Positions 9,525 to 19,086 of a DNA stretch of 64,000 nt are shown one piece after another; within the stretch, counting starts at the first letter, position 1, and each line of letters begins with the position of its first letter. The position numbers and the translations under genes are program-made. Source of the stretch: Bacteroidales bacterium (GTDB lineage Bacteria; Bacteroidota; Bacteroidia; Bacteroidales; VadinHA17). The stretch spans positions 555 to 64,554 of the forward strand of contig JBGSLG010000041.1 of the NCBI GenBank assembly GCA_041740815.1, read 5' to 3'. Under the pieces are notes generated by a model. That model did no database searches and was not told the origin of the DNA. It saw only the letters and a list, made by a program, of their open reading frames with translations.

Positions 9525-11489
9525 ATGAATATTTTCAAAAATACGCTGATTAATTTTCTGGGATTGAGTCGGGAAAGCTCGGAATCAATGACTTTCAACA
9601 AACTAACCCTTTCATTTACAGGGTATTTATCGAATTATGAATCTGAATTCCTTAATGACTACTACGTCAAGGCTTTGAACCCATTCAGGTTTTCCCTGAT
9701 CCTGGCGATGATTTTTTATGGTGCGTTTGCACTTCTTGATGCCGCCACGGTACCGGAACTGAAAGAAATATTCTGGCTTATAAGGTTCGCTGTTGTATTG
9801 CCGGTTTTGTTATCAGTATTTGCCTTTACATTTTTCAAAACGTTCAGGAAATATATGCAATTGTCGATAACAGGCGTCATGTTCATTACCGGATTCGGAA
9901 TAATATTCATGATAATTCTTGGTGCCAGGGTATCTAACTATTCATATTATGCCGGCCTTATACTGATCTTCATTTTTGGATATACATTTGCTAAAGCGCG
10001 GTTTATTTATGCATCGTTAGCGGGCTGGCTGATTGTTATTGCTTACGAGATCTCAGCTATATGGATCTCAGAAACACCTATCACAATACTGATCAATAAC
10101 AATTTCTTCTTTATCAGTTCAAATATTATCGGAATGCTCACAGGGTATTCGCTGGAACTATCCTCCCGCAGGGATTTTTATATGAGAAAACTCCTTGAAC
10201 TGGAACAGGACAAAGTCAAAGCAGTTAACAGCACCCTGGAAAAAAGAGTCATTGACAGGACACGACAACTGACAGATACCAATTTAAAACTGAAAAAAGA
10301 GATTGAGGTTCGCAAAAGATCCGAAAAGCAGAGAAGCGAACTGGAAACTCAGCTTTTTCACCTTAAAAAAATTGAGACTATCGGAACGCTGGCAGGGGGT
10401 ATAGCTCATGACTTTAACAATATTCTGACACCGATCATAGGGTACACAGATATGGCCCTGGAAGAAATTCCTGAGGATAGCACACTGAGGTTCGATCTGG
10501 AACAGATAAATATTGCAGCTGTAAGAGGAAAAGACCTGGTCCAGCAAATCCTGACATTCAGCCGGGAAGTGAACGTGGAGAAGAAGCCTGTTAAACTGGA
10601 CCAGATAGTGGTCGAAGTAATAAACCTTATCAAGGCATCCCTCCCTCATGCAATTGAGATAAGGAAAAGTATTGATTCGGGAATAGGGATAATTCTTGCA
10701 GATCCAGTTCATATACACCAGATTATTATGAATTTATGTACTAATGCCATTCATGCGATGAAAAACAGGGGAGGCATCCTTGACATAAAGGTCGATAGTG
10801 TACTGGTAGATCAGAAAACAACGAAGAAAATTAACAATCTTAAGGTTGGAATTTATGTAAGAATCAGACTATCAGATACTGGTCATGGAATGGACAGAAG
10901 AACGAAGGAAAGGATTTTTGAACCATTCTTTACCAGGAAAGAAGTGGGTTCAGGAACAGGACTGGGTCTTTCAGTTGTGCATGGTATAGTCAGCAATTAT
11001 AATGGGGCAATAACTGTAGAAAGCACTCCGGGGAAAGGTACATTATTCACTGTTTATCTTCCATACAACATTGCTGATCCCGTATCTGAAATCAAATCTT
11101 TGGATCACCTTCCAAGGGGAGACGAACACATCCTGTTTGTCGACGATGAACTGGACATAACTTTTGTGGGCAAAAAGATGCTGGAAAATCTCGGATATAA
11201 AGTCACCACCAAGACCAACAGTAGTGAAGCATTTGAGGAGTTTAAAAGAAACCCCGGGAAATATTCATTACTCGTAACAGATCAGACAATGCCCAAAATG
11301 CTGGGAACCGAACTGGCTGGAAAAATGAGGAAAATTAATCCCGACCTCAAAGTCATTATAATAACCGGATACATCGACAAATTATCTGATGCGGCAAAGT
11401 CAAAAACCGGTTCTTATGAAATGATCCTGAAACCTATCAAACTGAGCGAGTTCAGCAAGGTTATCAGAAAAGTCCTGGATGAAAACTAA
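9525..11489 (+). CDS. Hybrid sensor histidine kinase/response regulator with a polytopic (~6 TM) N-terminal sensor domain
   Basis: Hydrophobic helices between about aa 55-215, a coiled coil, H-box GGIAHDFNNILTPI, G-box GTGLGLSVVHG and a C-terminal receiver (ILFVDDE...LLVTDQTMP). Confidence 0.9.
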   Translation: MNIFKNTLINFLGLSRESSESMTFNKLTLSFTGYLSNYESEFLNDYYVKALNPFRFSLILAMIFYGAFALLDAATVPELKEIFWLIRFAVVLPVLLSVFAFTFFKTFRKYMQLSITGVMFITGFGIIFMIILGARVSNYSYYAGLILIFIFGYTFAKARFIYASLAGWLIVIAYEISAIWISETPITILINNNFFFISSNIIGMLTGYSLELSSRRDFYMRKLLELEQDKVKAVNSTLEKRVIDRTRQLTDTNLKLKKEIEVRKRSEKQRSELETQLFHLKKIETIGTLAGGIAHDFNNILTPIIGYTDMALEEIPEDSTLRFDLEQINIAAVRGKDLVQQILTFSREVNVEKKPVKLDQIVVEVINLIKASLPHAIEIRKSIDSGIGIILADPVHIHQIIMNLCTNAIHAMKNRGGILDIKVDSVLVDQKTTKKINNLKVGIYVRIRLSDTGHGMDRRTKERIFEPFFTRKEVGSGTGLGLSVVHGIVSNYNGAITVESTPGKGTLFTVYLPYNIADPVSEIKSLDHLPRGDEHILFVDDELDITFVGKKMLENLGYKVTTKTNSSEAFEEFKRNPGKYSLLVTDQTMPKMLGTELAGKMRKINPDLKVIIITGYIDKLSDAAKSKTGSYEMILKPIKLSEFSKVIRKVLDEN

Positions 11490-11501
11490 TCAACTTTAGC
11501 A

Positions 11502-11876
11502 ATGGCGAAAATTTTGATAATAGATGATGATCCTTCGATACTGACAATGCTTCAAAGGATGCTTGAAAAAGCCGGATACGAAGTTGATATTGCCAGCAAC
11601 GGCAGTGAAGGTTTGAAAAAAATTGAATTCTGTCCCCCGGATCTTTTGGTAACTGATATTGTGATGCCTGAAAAAGAAGGTCTTGAACTGATATTCTATC
11701 TGAGAGGAAAGAATCCAGGATTAAAGATCGTAGCTATTTCAGGTGGTGGAAGATTTAATTATGAGGGATATCTCAACAGTGCAAAACTTCTGGGGGCTGA
11801 TCTGATCTTTCAGAAGCCGTTAGTTCACAAAGAATTTGTACAGGCTATATCTGATCTTATTAATACTAAAATGTAG
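11502..11876 (+). CDS. Single-domain response regulator (CheY-like receiver)
   Basis: 124 aa with ILIIDDDPS...LLVTDIVMPEKEG...KP. It starts 12 nt after the hybrid kinase gene. Confidence 0.9.
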   Translation: MAKILIIDDDPSILTMLQRMLEKAGYEVDIASNGSEGLKKIEFCPPDLLVTDIVMPEKEGLELIFYLRGKNPGLKIVAISGGGRFNYEGYLNSAKLLGADLIFQKPLVHKEFVQAISDLINTKM

Positions 11877-12002
11877 CGACTTTTTCACCTTTTATAACCG
11901 GAGTAATAACCGGCTCAATTGACAGGCGACCTTCTTAAAGAAACATGCTGGTAATTCAGGCAATTTCTACTATTCTCAAGTTTATAAAAATGTCAATCTC
12001 GG

Positions 12003-12055
12003 CCGTCTGGGGTACCAAACGGCACAAGAGGTCAAATCCGACCTCTTATTTTTAT
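12003..12055 (+). repeat. Hairpin-containing repeat element, copy B (degenerate; probable terminator)
   Basis: About 45 nt are homologous to 8181-8230. Only an 8-bp stem survives (aagaggtc/gacctctt), followed by attttta. It lies about 125 nt downstream of the receiver gene. Confidence 0.6.
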
Positions 12056-12557
12056 TAGTGCGTATACTATTCAACTTTACCTCCTGGACCCATCAATCAG
12101 ATTTCTCATATGAATTAGAGATGATTGGACCTTTATTAAGGATACTACTCGGGAAGTTCTCTTGGTGATAAACCAATCATGTCTTCAATATCAATGACTC
12201 TTAACCAGCAGGAAGGTTTGGTTTCCATTGCTCGTTCGACCTTCGTTTAACGGGGGAGATAAAAAAAGCAGCGAATAGTACACTCTTGATGGCACGGAAT
12301 TGCCAAACTACCAAAATAACTTCAAATGTACCGTCATTTGAATGATCTGTGAATTATGTAACCTAATGGTCAAATTGTGTAAGCGATTTAAGTCAGAGAA
12401 TTGCTCTTTTGTATTTGAATATTATTCGTCACAAATTCTCTGAATTCCGTATCAATGCAAAAACACGTTTGAGGTTCTGAATTTAATTATGCCCTTAGGA
12501 ATAGGCCTGGGGGCTTTAATCTTCACAATATAAATCCATCCTGTAACAATTTTCCAG

Positions 12558-12797
12558 ATGACAGTAGTTACACCAAACACAGAAGGATATAGGCGCATCC
12601 GCACCAAGTTGCAAAAGGGAGAACATGTCTACTTTGAAAATCAAATGGAAGAGATAGCCATTAAATATACTATTCCCGGGATAATGGCGAAATTCAAGGG
12701 AGGAATAAAATGTTCCATTCAATATAACAGCAAGGTTGTTGTTGACGGCATGATTCAGGGGAAGGAGATATCCGAGGAGGAATTTAACAACTACTAA
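12558..12797 (+). CDS. Small hypothetical protein (79 aa)
   Basis: K/E-rich, protein-like composition. It overlaps a 99-aa minus-strand ORF whose composition looks non-protein-like. No motif recognised. Confidence 0.35.
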   Translation: MTVVTPNTEGYRRIRTKLQKGEHVYFENQMEEIAIKYTIPGIMAKFKGGIKCSIQYNSKVVVDGMIQGKEISEEEFNNY

Positions 12798-12827
12798 GCC
12801 CACGAAGCGGGCCACACAAGCTTTCTT

Positions 12828-13325
12828 TCAGCTGATCAATTTTTCTTTCAACTGTCTCCTTGCAACAAAGATTCTGCTTTTTACAGTTCCTATGTCCACG
12901 GTTAATTCATCGGCAATTTCCCTGTATTTGTATCCATTAAGATGCATTGTAAACGGGATTCGGAATTTATCGTTTAGCTGTTCAATATGATGAGTAATCT
13001 CTAAGACTGAATATGCTGAATCCGGGTTATTATTGCCAGTATTTTTTGTCTGATTAAAGAAAAATAAGTCCTTGTTGTGATCACGATATAAAGTATTAAG
13101 AACACTTTTCCTGTAGTTGTTAATAAAAGTGTTTTTCATGATTGTTGATGTCCATGCTTTAAAACTGGACTCATCTACAAATTTATCACTGTATTTCAAA
13201 GATTTATAAAACGTCTCCTGTACCAGGTCCTTTGCGTCATCCTCATCAGATGTTAATTTAAAAGCCAATCTGGCCAGAGATTCCGTTTGATCAATAAGTT
13301 TACTTCGAAATTCTGTTACTGTCAT
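12828..13325 (-). CDS. RNA polymerase sigma-70 family (ECF-type) sigma factor
   Basis: 165 aa with region 2 (DLVQETFYKSL) and a region 4 helix-turn-helix (YREIADELTVDIGTVKSRIFVARRQLKE). Confidence 0.85.
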   Translation of the reverse strand: MTVTEFRSKLIDQTESLARLAFKLTSDEDDAKDLVQETFYKSLKYSDKFVDESSFKAWTSTIMKNTFINNYRKSVLNTLYRDHNKDLFFFNQTKNTGNNNPDSAYSVLEITHHIEQLNDKFRIPFTMHLNGYKYREIADELTVDIGTVKSRIFVARRQLKEKLIS

Positions 13326-13676
13326 GATAAAATACTTTCATGGAAACTCCATTAAATTATATGGTTCAAATTTATTTGGTTTTTAAGGTTCAGATATTAC
13401 AAAATTTTACAAATTAGTTACATCATTTGTGGATTTATCGGGTAAATCCGGATTGACTGGTAAAAGCAATCGGGTTGGCTGGTAGCCTGTCGGGGAAATT
13501 CTTAATAAAGAGCCGCTTCTTACTTTTCCAGCAGCAAGGTTAGCCTGCGTCAGACAATTTGTTCACGGTGATACAGCACGGGAGGAACTGCAAATACCAG
13601 GAACGGATATTGATACTGCAATTAAGGAGTGTTGTAACTGGCTTGTAGAAAATGCCTACATTAAAGTAAAAAAATA

Positions 13677-14420
13677 ATGATTCAATCCGCAGCCTTTGAT
13701 TTTGCTTGGCAAAAGGAAAATATCACATCTGTTTTGCCTGTTTCAATTTCAGTTGTTACGTTCATAATTTATTGGTTCACAACCAAATCCGAGAAGATTA
13801 AATCTTTTTTCTTTCGAAAATTCAGCTTCGACGATGCTTCCGCTTACCATATCACTTTTCTACGAATAGTGGGCTTTATAACCATGGGATTTGTATCAGG
13901 GATACTGTGCCTGATTATCATTCCGGGTTATTCGCTCACCGATTATGGGTTATCCTATAATCCTGAAACTGCTTTACCTACGGCATTATGGTCTTTAGGC
14001 CTTATGGTTATCATAATTCCCCTGGCATTCCTGGGTGCCAGAAAACCTGCAAACCTGATTAATTATCCCCAGATCCGGGCAAGGTTATGGACAAGGAAGA
14101 TTACTGTCATGAATATCGCCGGCTGGATTATTTATTTGTTTGGATATGAGTTTTTGTTCCGAGGGATCTTATTGTTCCCCCTGGCCGAAGACTTGGGGGT
14201 TTGGCCGGCAATTGCCATAAATGTTGCTTTTTATTCCATATCCCACGTACCTAAGGGATTAAACGAAACTGTGGGTGCTATTATCCTTGGACTGGTCCTT
14301 TGTATACTCACCCTGGCTACCGGAACGATTTGGATTGCTTTTTTCACGCACGTAGCTCTTGCTCTGACCAACAGCTTTACAGCAATGAAATATAACCCGG
14401 ACATTAATTTTAGCAGATAA
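13677..14420 (+). CDS. CPBP-family intramembrane glutamic endopeptidase (CAAX/Abi-like)
   Basis: Polytopic membrane protein with YEFLFRG (EExxxR-type motif) and FYSISH (FxxxH) motifs. Confidence 0.75.
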   Translation: MIQSAAFDFAWQKENITSVLPVSISVVTFIIYWFTTKSEKIKSFFFRKFSFDDASAYHITFLRIVGFITMGFVSGILCLIIIPGYSLTDYGLSYNPETALPTALWSLGLMVIIIPLAFLGARKPANLINYPQIRARLWTRKITVMNIAGWIIYLFGYEFLFRGILLFPLAEDLGVWPAIAINVAFYSISHVPKGLNETVGAIILGLVLCILTLATGTIWIAFFTHVALALTNSFTAMKYNPDINFSR

Positions 14421-14529
14421 AATTTTGGGTTCACTAACCTTTAGGGGAAAAGTGGCCAATGAGAATTGAATTTCCGACATACAATCTCGCTATATTTGCA
14501 CCTGATTGTAGTATTGTACCTCATAAGCT

Positions 14530-15906
14530 ATGGAAAAGGAAGAGCTTCTACCGATTCTTGAGAACCAGAGGAAATTCTTTGCATCAGGCCAAACACTCGA
14601 TATAAACTTCCGGCTCGGAATTCTGAAAAAACTGAGATCGCTGATACTGAGCCACGAAGGTGAACTTTTCAACGCTCTTCAAAGGGATTTCCACAAACCT
14701 TATTTTGAGGTACTTGGAACGGAATCAAGGTTTGCTGTTGCCGAGATCAGCCTGATGATACGCAATCTAAGGAGGTGGTCAGGCAGGCAAAGAGTCAGAA
14801 CTTCCCTCACTAATGTTCCTGCACGGAGCTATATCCTGGCACAGCCTTATGGACAGGTGCTGATCCTTTCTCCCTGGAACTATCCTTTCCAGCTATCAAT
14901 GGTCCCGGCTATTGGCGCACTTGCTGCCGGCAACTGTGTTGTACTAAAAGTTTCACAGAATGTTCCAAATACAATTAAGGTCATTTCAAAAATAATCAGC
15001 CACTTCCCTGAGGAACTGATTACAATTGTCGATGAAGACCACACCCTCAGTGATAATCTCCTTGATTTCCCCTTCGACTATATATTCTTCACAGGCAGTC
15101 CGGCTATCGGAAAGAGGGTAATGACAAAAGCAGCCGCGAATCTCACTCCCATAACCCTTGAGCTTGGCGGCAAAAATCCATGTGTGGTAGCGGCCGATGC
15201 CAAACTCGGTTATGCAGCAAAAAGGATAGCATCAGGAAAATTCATGAATGCCGGACAGACATGCATAGCTCCCGACTACCTTCTGATAGATAATAAGGTT
15301 AAAGACCGTTTCCTCGAACTGCTCGTTGAAGAAATAAAAGCATTCTATGGTGAAGACCCGGCTGTTAGCCCGGACTATTGCCGTATGATCAATTCAGAAA
15401 AGACCGTCAGAATGGAATCATTCCTGAAAATCGGGAATATCATTACCGGGGGCATCACCAATCCTGGTAATTGTTATGTGGCACCGACAATAATTACCGG
15501 AGTCAGACCTGAGGATCCTGTCATGCAGGAGGAGATATTCGGTCCGGTTCTGCCTGTGATCACCTACAGTGACTTCACTGAAGTTTATTCAGTAATCAAA
15601 AGGAATCCTAAATCACTGGCAGCTTATATTTTCACAACAAGTAAAAAGCTTGCCGGGGAGTTCCTGTCAGGAACCCAGAGCGGTTCTGCGGCCGTGAACG
15701 ACACGGTTCTGCAGATCGCATCACCGCACCTGCCCTTCGGGGGAATCGGTCCCAGCGGAATGGGACGTTATCATGGTGTAAAGTCATTCGAGACATTCTC
15801 TAACATGAAATCGGTCATGGAAAAATCGAATCTGATCGATATCCCTGTTCGGTATCCGCCCTATACAGCATTCAAGGAAAAAATACTCAAACTTTTGATG
15901 AGATAA
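14530..15906 (+). CDS. NAD(P)-dependent aldehyde dehydrogenase (ALDH3-like)
   Basis: 458 aa with ELGGKNP, the catalytic Cys context GQTCIAPDY, and EEIFGPVLPV. Confidence 0.9.
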   Translation: MEKEELLPILENQRKFFASGQTLDINFRLGILKKLRSLILSHEGELFNALQRDFHKPYFEVLGTESRFAVAEISLMIRNLRRWSGRQRVRTSLTNVPARSYILAQPYGQVLILSPWNYPFQLSMVPAIGALAAGNCVVLKVSQNVPNTIKVISKIISHFPEELITIVDEDHTLSDNLLDFPFDYIFFTGSPAIGKRVMTKAAANLTPITLELGGKNPCVVAADAKLGYAAKRIASGKFMNAGQTCIAPDYLLIDNKVKDRFLELLVEEIKAFYGEDPAVSPDYCRMINSEKTVRMESFLKIGNIITGGITNPGNCYVAPTIITGVRPEDPVMQEEIFGPVLPVITYSDFTEVYSVIKRNPKSLAAYIFTTSKKLAGEFLSGTQSGSAAVNDTVLQIASPHLPFGGIGPSGMGRYHGVKSFETFSNMKSVMEKSNLIDIPVRYPPYTAFKEKILKLLMR

Positions 15907-15983
15907 TTAGATTTTCAGAGATCAGAATGACCTCTTATTTCTTTGGGGTACATTCAGTTGATTAGCGGGATTAACCTTTAACC

Positions 15984-16838
15984 TTATTTGCCTGCAAATT
16001 TTATCAGCTCTGAATTAAACTTCTGAGTTTCCTCCAGAAATAAACTATGGCCGCTATTCTCAAAAGGAACGATATATGAATTTTTGATTCCCGCTTTCAT
16101 CTGTTCAGCCAGATCAAAAGAACATATTTTGTCTTTTTTACCATGCATAATCACTGTCGGTATTTTAATTTTCGCCAGATCACCTCTCAGGTCTGTATCA
16201 CGTAAAGCAATCAGGCATTGGGCCGTTGCGTAGGAGGAAGCACTTAAGCAAATCAAGTTCAACCAGTTGCTGATACCTTCATTTAATGAGGTTTCAGTAG
16301 CAGAGAATATCTTTGCGAAATCTGATAAAAGCTTTGGCCGGTCTGTATAGTTCAGTTCAATTAAATCATTGACATCGCTTTTAGTAAGATTGAAAGGAAA
16401 ATTTTTACGTTGAGTCCAGATGGGAGCTGCCGCTCCAACCAAAGCCAGTTTCGAAACATGAGACCCGGAATCGGATGATGCAAAACGGATTGCGATGGCG
16501 CCTCCCATGGAAAAGCCGACCAGGACAGCATCTGTTATCTCCAGTTTATTTAAAATCCTTTTTATATCCAACGCATGTATATCGTAATTATACTCTCCGT
16601 ACGGTTTATCAGACTTTCCATAACCTCTTAACGTAATACCAATTATGCGGTATTTTTTTTCAATAAGTGCATTGTATTGATACTCAAACATTTCATCACT
16701 CAACGGCCACCCGTGTATCAACACTACAGGTCTGCCAGCTCCTGCATCTGAAATATGAAGACGTACATTAGGTTCAACCTCAATATATTCTGCCCTGGCC
16801 GGTTCCGGTATGCGATTGCCTTGTTGTTTATCCATCAT
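15984..16838 (-). CDS. Alpha/beta hydrolase
   Basis: 284 aa with LIHGWP and a GFSMGG nucleophile elbow. Confidence 0.8.
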   Translation of the reverse strand: MMDKQQGNRIPEPARAEYIEVEPNVRLHISDAGAGRPVVLIHGWPLSDEMFEYQYNALIEKKYRIIGITLRGYGKSDKPYGEYNYDIHALDIKRILNKLEITDAVLVGFSMGGAIAIRFASSDSGSHVSKLALVGAAAPIWTQRKNFPFNLTKSDVNDLIELNYTDRPKLLSDFAKIFSATETSLNEGISNWLNLICLSASSYATAQCLIALRDTDLRGDLAKIKIPTVIMHGKKDKICSFDLAEQMKAGIKNSYIVPFENSGHSLFLEETQKFNSELIKFAGK

Positions 16839-16864
16839 GATAATTATTGTAATGGTTATATCCT

Positions 16865-17740
16865 TTAGATTTGATCTTTATTTCCCATTCGTTCAACAGT
16901 TAGCGGGTAAACGGATGCAATAAACACCATTAATGAGGCATTAAATGCACCGGGATTCTCCAGATTGCTTAAGTGCCCTGCGTGGTCAATGATTTTGAGC
17001 ACTGAACCATTTATTCTTTCATGCATAAACCCGGCCGCAGCAGGAGGAGTTAATTTATCTTCCTTCCCGACCATTATAAGGACCGGTACTTTGATCTCAG
17101 TGAGGATATTGCAGGTTTCTTTACGGTCTGATAAAGCAAGTAAAGTACTGATAAGCGATTGTTCGGGAGTTTTCGTTATCATCTCCCTGACATCTTCAAT
17201 TTCTTTAAGCCTGGTTGTGAAAGAGTCATAAGCGAAAAGATTTTTTATACTCTCTTCAGCATATTTTTCCACCCCGTCTCTCCTGATGCTTTCAATAGCC
17301 TTCATACGTTTTTCTTTCGCCTCGGGTGTATCGGCAATGCATTGCGTATCAGCTAATATAAGAGCATCAAAACGGTCTTTGTACTTATCTGCGGCATTTA
17401 AGGCAATATATCCTCCCATTGATAAACCACACAAAATTGCTCTGTCAATCTTCAGTGCATCCATAAAGCCGATGAGATCGCCAACAAACAGGTCAATAGA
17501 AAAATCCTCATTGCCGGAATCTGAGTTTCCATGTCCGCGGATATCATATGTTATCAGATGGTAATTATCCTCCAACAACTCCACCTGAAAATTCCACATC
17601 GACCTGTTAAACGGGAAGCCGTGGATGAAAATGATTACCGGAGAACCCTCTTTGCCAGCATCGGTATAACTTACCAGATGATTATTTATGATCATCTCGA
17701 AATTGTTTACAGGGTGGTATAGGATTGGTTTATTATTCAT
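16865..17740 (-). CDS. Alpha/beta hydrolase (enol-lactonase-like fold)
   Basis: 291 aa with FIHGFPFN and GLSMGG, and a C-terminal H in DHAGHL. Confidence 0.8.
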   Translation of the reverse strand: MNNKPILYHPVNNFEMIINNHLVSYTDAGKEGSPVIIFIHGFPFNRSMWNFQVELLEDNYHLITYDIRGHGNSDSGNEDFSIDLFVGDLIGFMDALKIDRAILCGLSMGGYIALNAADKYKDRFDALILADTQCIADTPEAKEKRMKAIESIRRDGVEKYAEESIKNLFAYDSFTTRLKEIEDVREMITKTPEQSLISTLLALSDRKETCNILTEIKVPVLIMVGKEDKLTPPAAAGFMHERINGSVLKIIDHAGHLSNLENPGAFNASLMVFIASVYPLTVERMGNKDQI

Positions 17741-18099
17741 AATAATTCATCCTTATCCTCATCAAGATTATTATGGTTATCGCCTCCGATACTGTAATAA
17801 TTGTTTTCCTCATCTTCATTCCCCACATTTTCCTGTTCATCATCCAACTCTGAACCCGGAACATCCAGGTTTCTGCCAAATAGGTCATCATTGGATTCTT
17901 CAACAATGTTTGATGGGTCAAGATCTATCTCTTCTACTCTTTTTCCCCTGGAAATGTCCTCAGGGTCCACGTTTTTCTCTTCCGTGAATTTATTGTAGAT
18001 ATCTTCACTTGCAGGATAGGATTCGTATCCCTGCAGTCTGTCCTTCTCATAAGTATCTGGTTTATGGTCAGGAGGCTTATTTTTCAGAACCTTTTTCAT
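17737..18099 (-). CDS. Highly acidic hypothetical protein, probably disordered
   Basis: 120 aa, D/E-rich. Its stop overlaps the start of the downstream hydrolase gene by 4 nt, which suggests translational coupling. Confidence 0.55.
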   Translation of the reverse strand: MKKVLKNKPPDHKPDTYEKDRLQGYESYPASEDIYNKFTEEKNVDPEDISRGKRVEEIDLDPSNIVEESNDDLFGRNLDVPGSELDDEQENVGNEDEENNYYSIGGDNHNNLDEDKDELL

Positions 18100-18596
18100 T
18101 ACCCCGGGTTTTTAATTATGCCTGCGAATCGGGCATTAAATTTTAAGTTTTTTGTAAAGAATTTTATACTTGATTTTAGATCATAAATTTAAGCACCTGA
18201 TGACTCTCAACTGTTACATGACTCTATAAAGAAGTTACATTATTCTCACCATGATCCTTCATTAGCAACGGGAGCCGGACATAACCCGGTTGTACGGATA
18301 CCGGCACGGATAAGTAATATTCTGCCATCCCAGTCCGATGGGACACGGACAAACAGACAGTAACTCCCGGGAATTCTGCATTGAAAAAAATGGAATTTGA
18401 TGAGAATGGCTAAATAAAGACGATCACTATCTCAAAGGAAGTAGTTCCGGCTCAAAAAGCCAGATGAAGGCAACTTTTTAAAATCATATTCGATACTTTG
18501 TCAGAGATGCAAACATGGATAAAATCATTATTTTTGGAAAATTGCATGACCTGAGATAAGACTGTATCTGACCCCTGGGTTTAACAAAAATATCCT

Positions 18597-19025
18597 ATGC
18601 TGACAAAAGAATTAGTACTGGAGTTGTGGAGCAAAACATACAACACGGAAGGCAAGCCTGACTGGTCGCACATTCTCCCATATTATGACAATGACATATA
18701 TTTCAGGGATACCGTACAGGAAATTCGTGGTATCGAAGAATTTACAGCAATGACAGAGCGCCTGACAAAGCGCTCTAAAGATCTGAAAATGAAGATCGTC
18801 AATGCTGTTATGGAGGGAAACATAATTCTGATGGAATGGGAAATGACTCTCAGCTTTAAGAAATATCCAAGTTCCGTTTTATATGGCTCAAGCCGGCTTA
18901 AAATAAATAATGAAGGAAAAATCACAGAACAAAGAGATTACTACGATTTATGGGGAGATATCTTTGACAATATTCCCAGGTTCGGCAAAGCCTACAGAAA
19001 GTTTATGAAGAAAAAGTTTGGTTGA
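18597..19025 (+). CDS. NTF2/SnoaL-like fold protein
   Basis: 142 aa. Size and pattern (W..Y.........Y.D....F.D......G...) are typical of SnoaL-like small proteins. Weak motif-level call. Confidence 0.5.
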   Translation: MLTKELVLELWSKTYNTEGKPDWSHILPYYDNDIYFRDTVQEIRGIEEFTAMTERLTKRSKDLKMKIVNAVMEGNIILMEWEMTLSFKKYPSSVLYGSSRLKINNEGKITEQRDYYDLWGDIFDNIPRFGKAYRKFMKKKFG

Positions 19026-19086
19026 AACCATTACTTTTTACTTTGCATTATTGGTCCATTAGTATTAATAAAATGAAAAGAGGATT

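Noticed and set aside
17688-17998. Several 60-100-aa ORFs on both strands overlapping the acidic-protein gene
   Set aside because: They are frame-shifted or antisense readings of the D/E-rich gene 17737..18099. That gene has the only coherent operon context, a 4-nt overlap with the downstream hydrolase gene.
18541-18590. A TPP-riboswitch-like fragment (cctgagataagactgtatctgacccctggg contains a CTGAGA box)
   Set aside because: Only the short CTGAGA motif matches. The pyrimidine-sensing helix and the conserved ACCTGATCTGGATAATGCCAGCG-type segment are absent, and the downstream gene is not thiamine-related.
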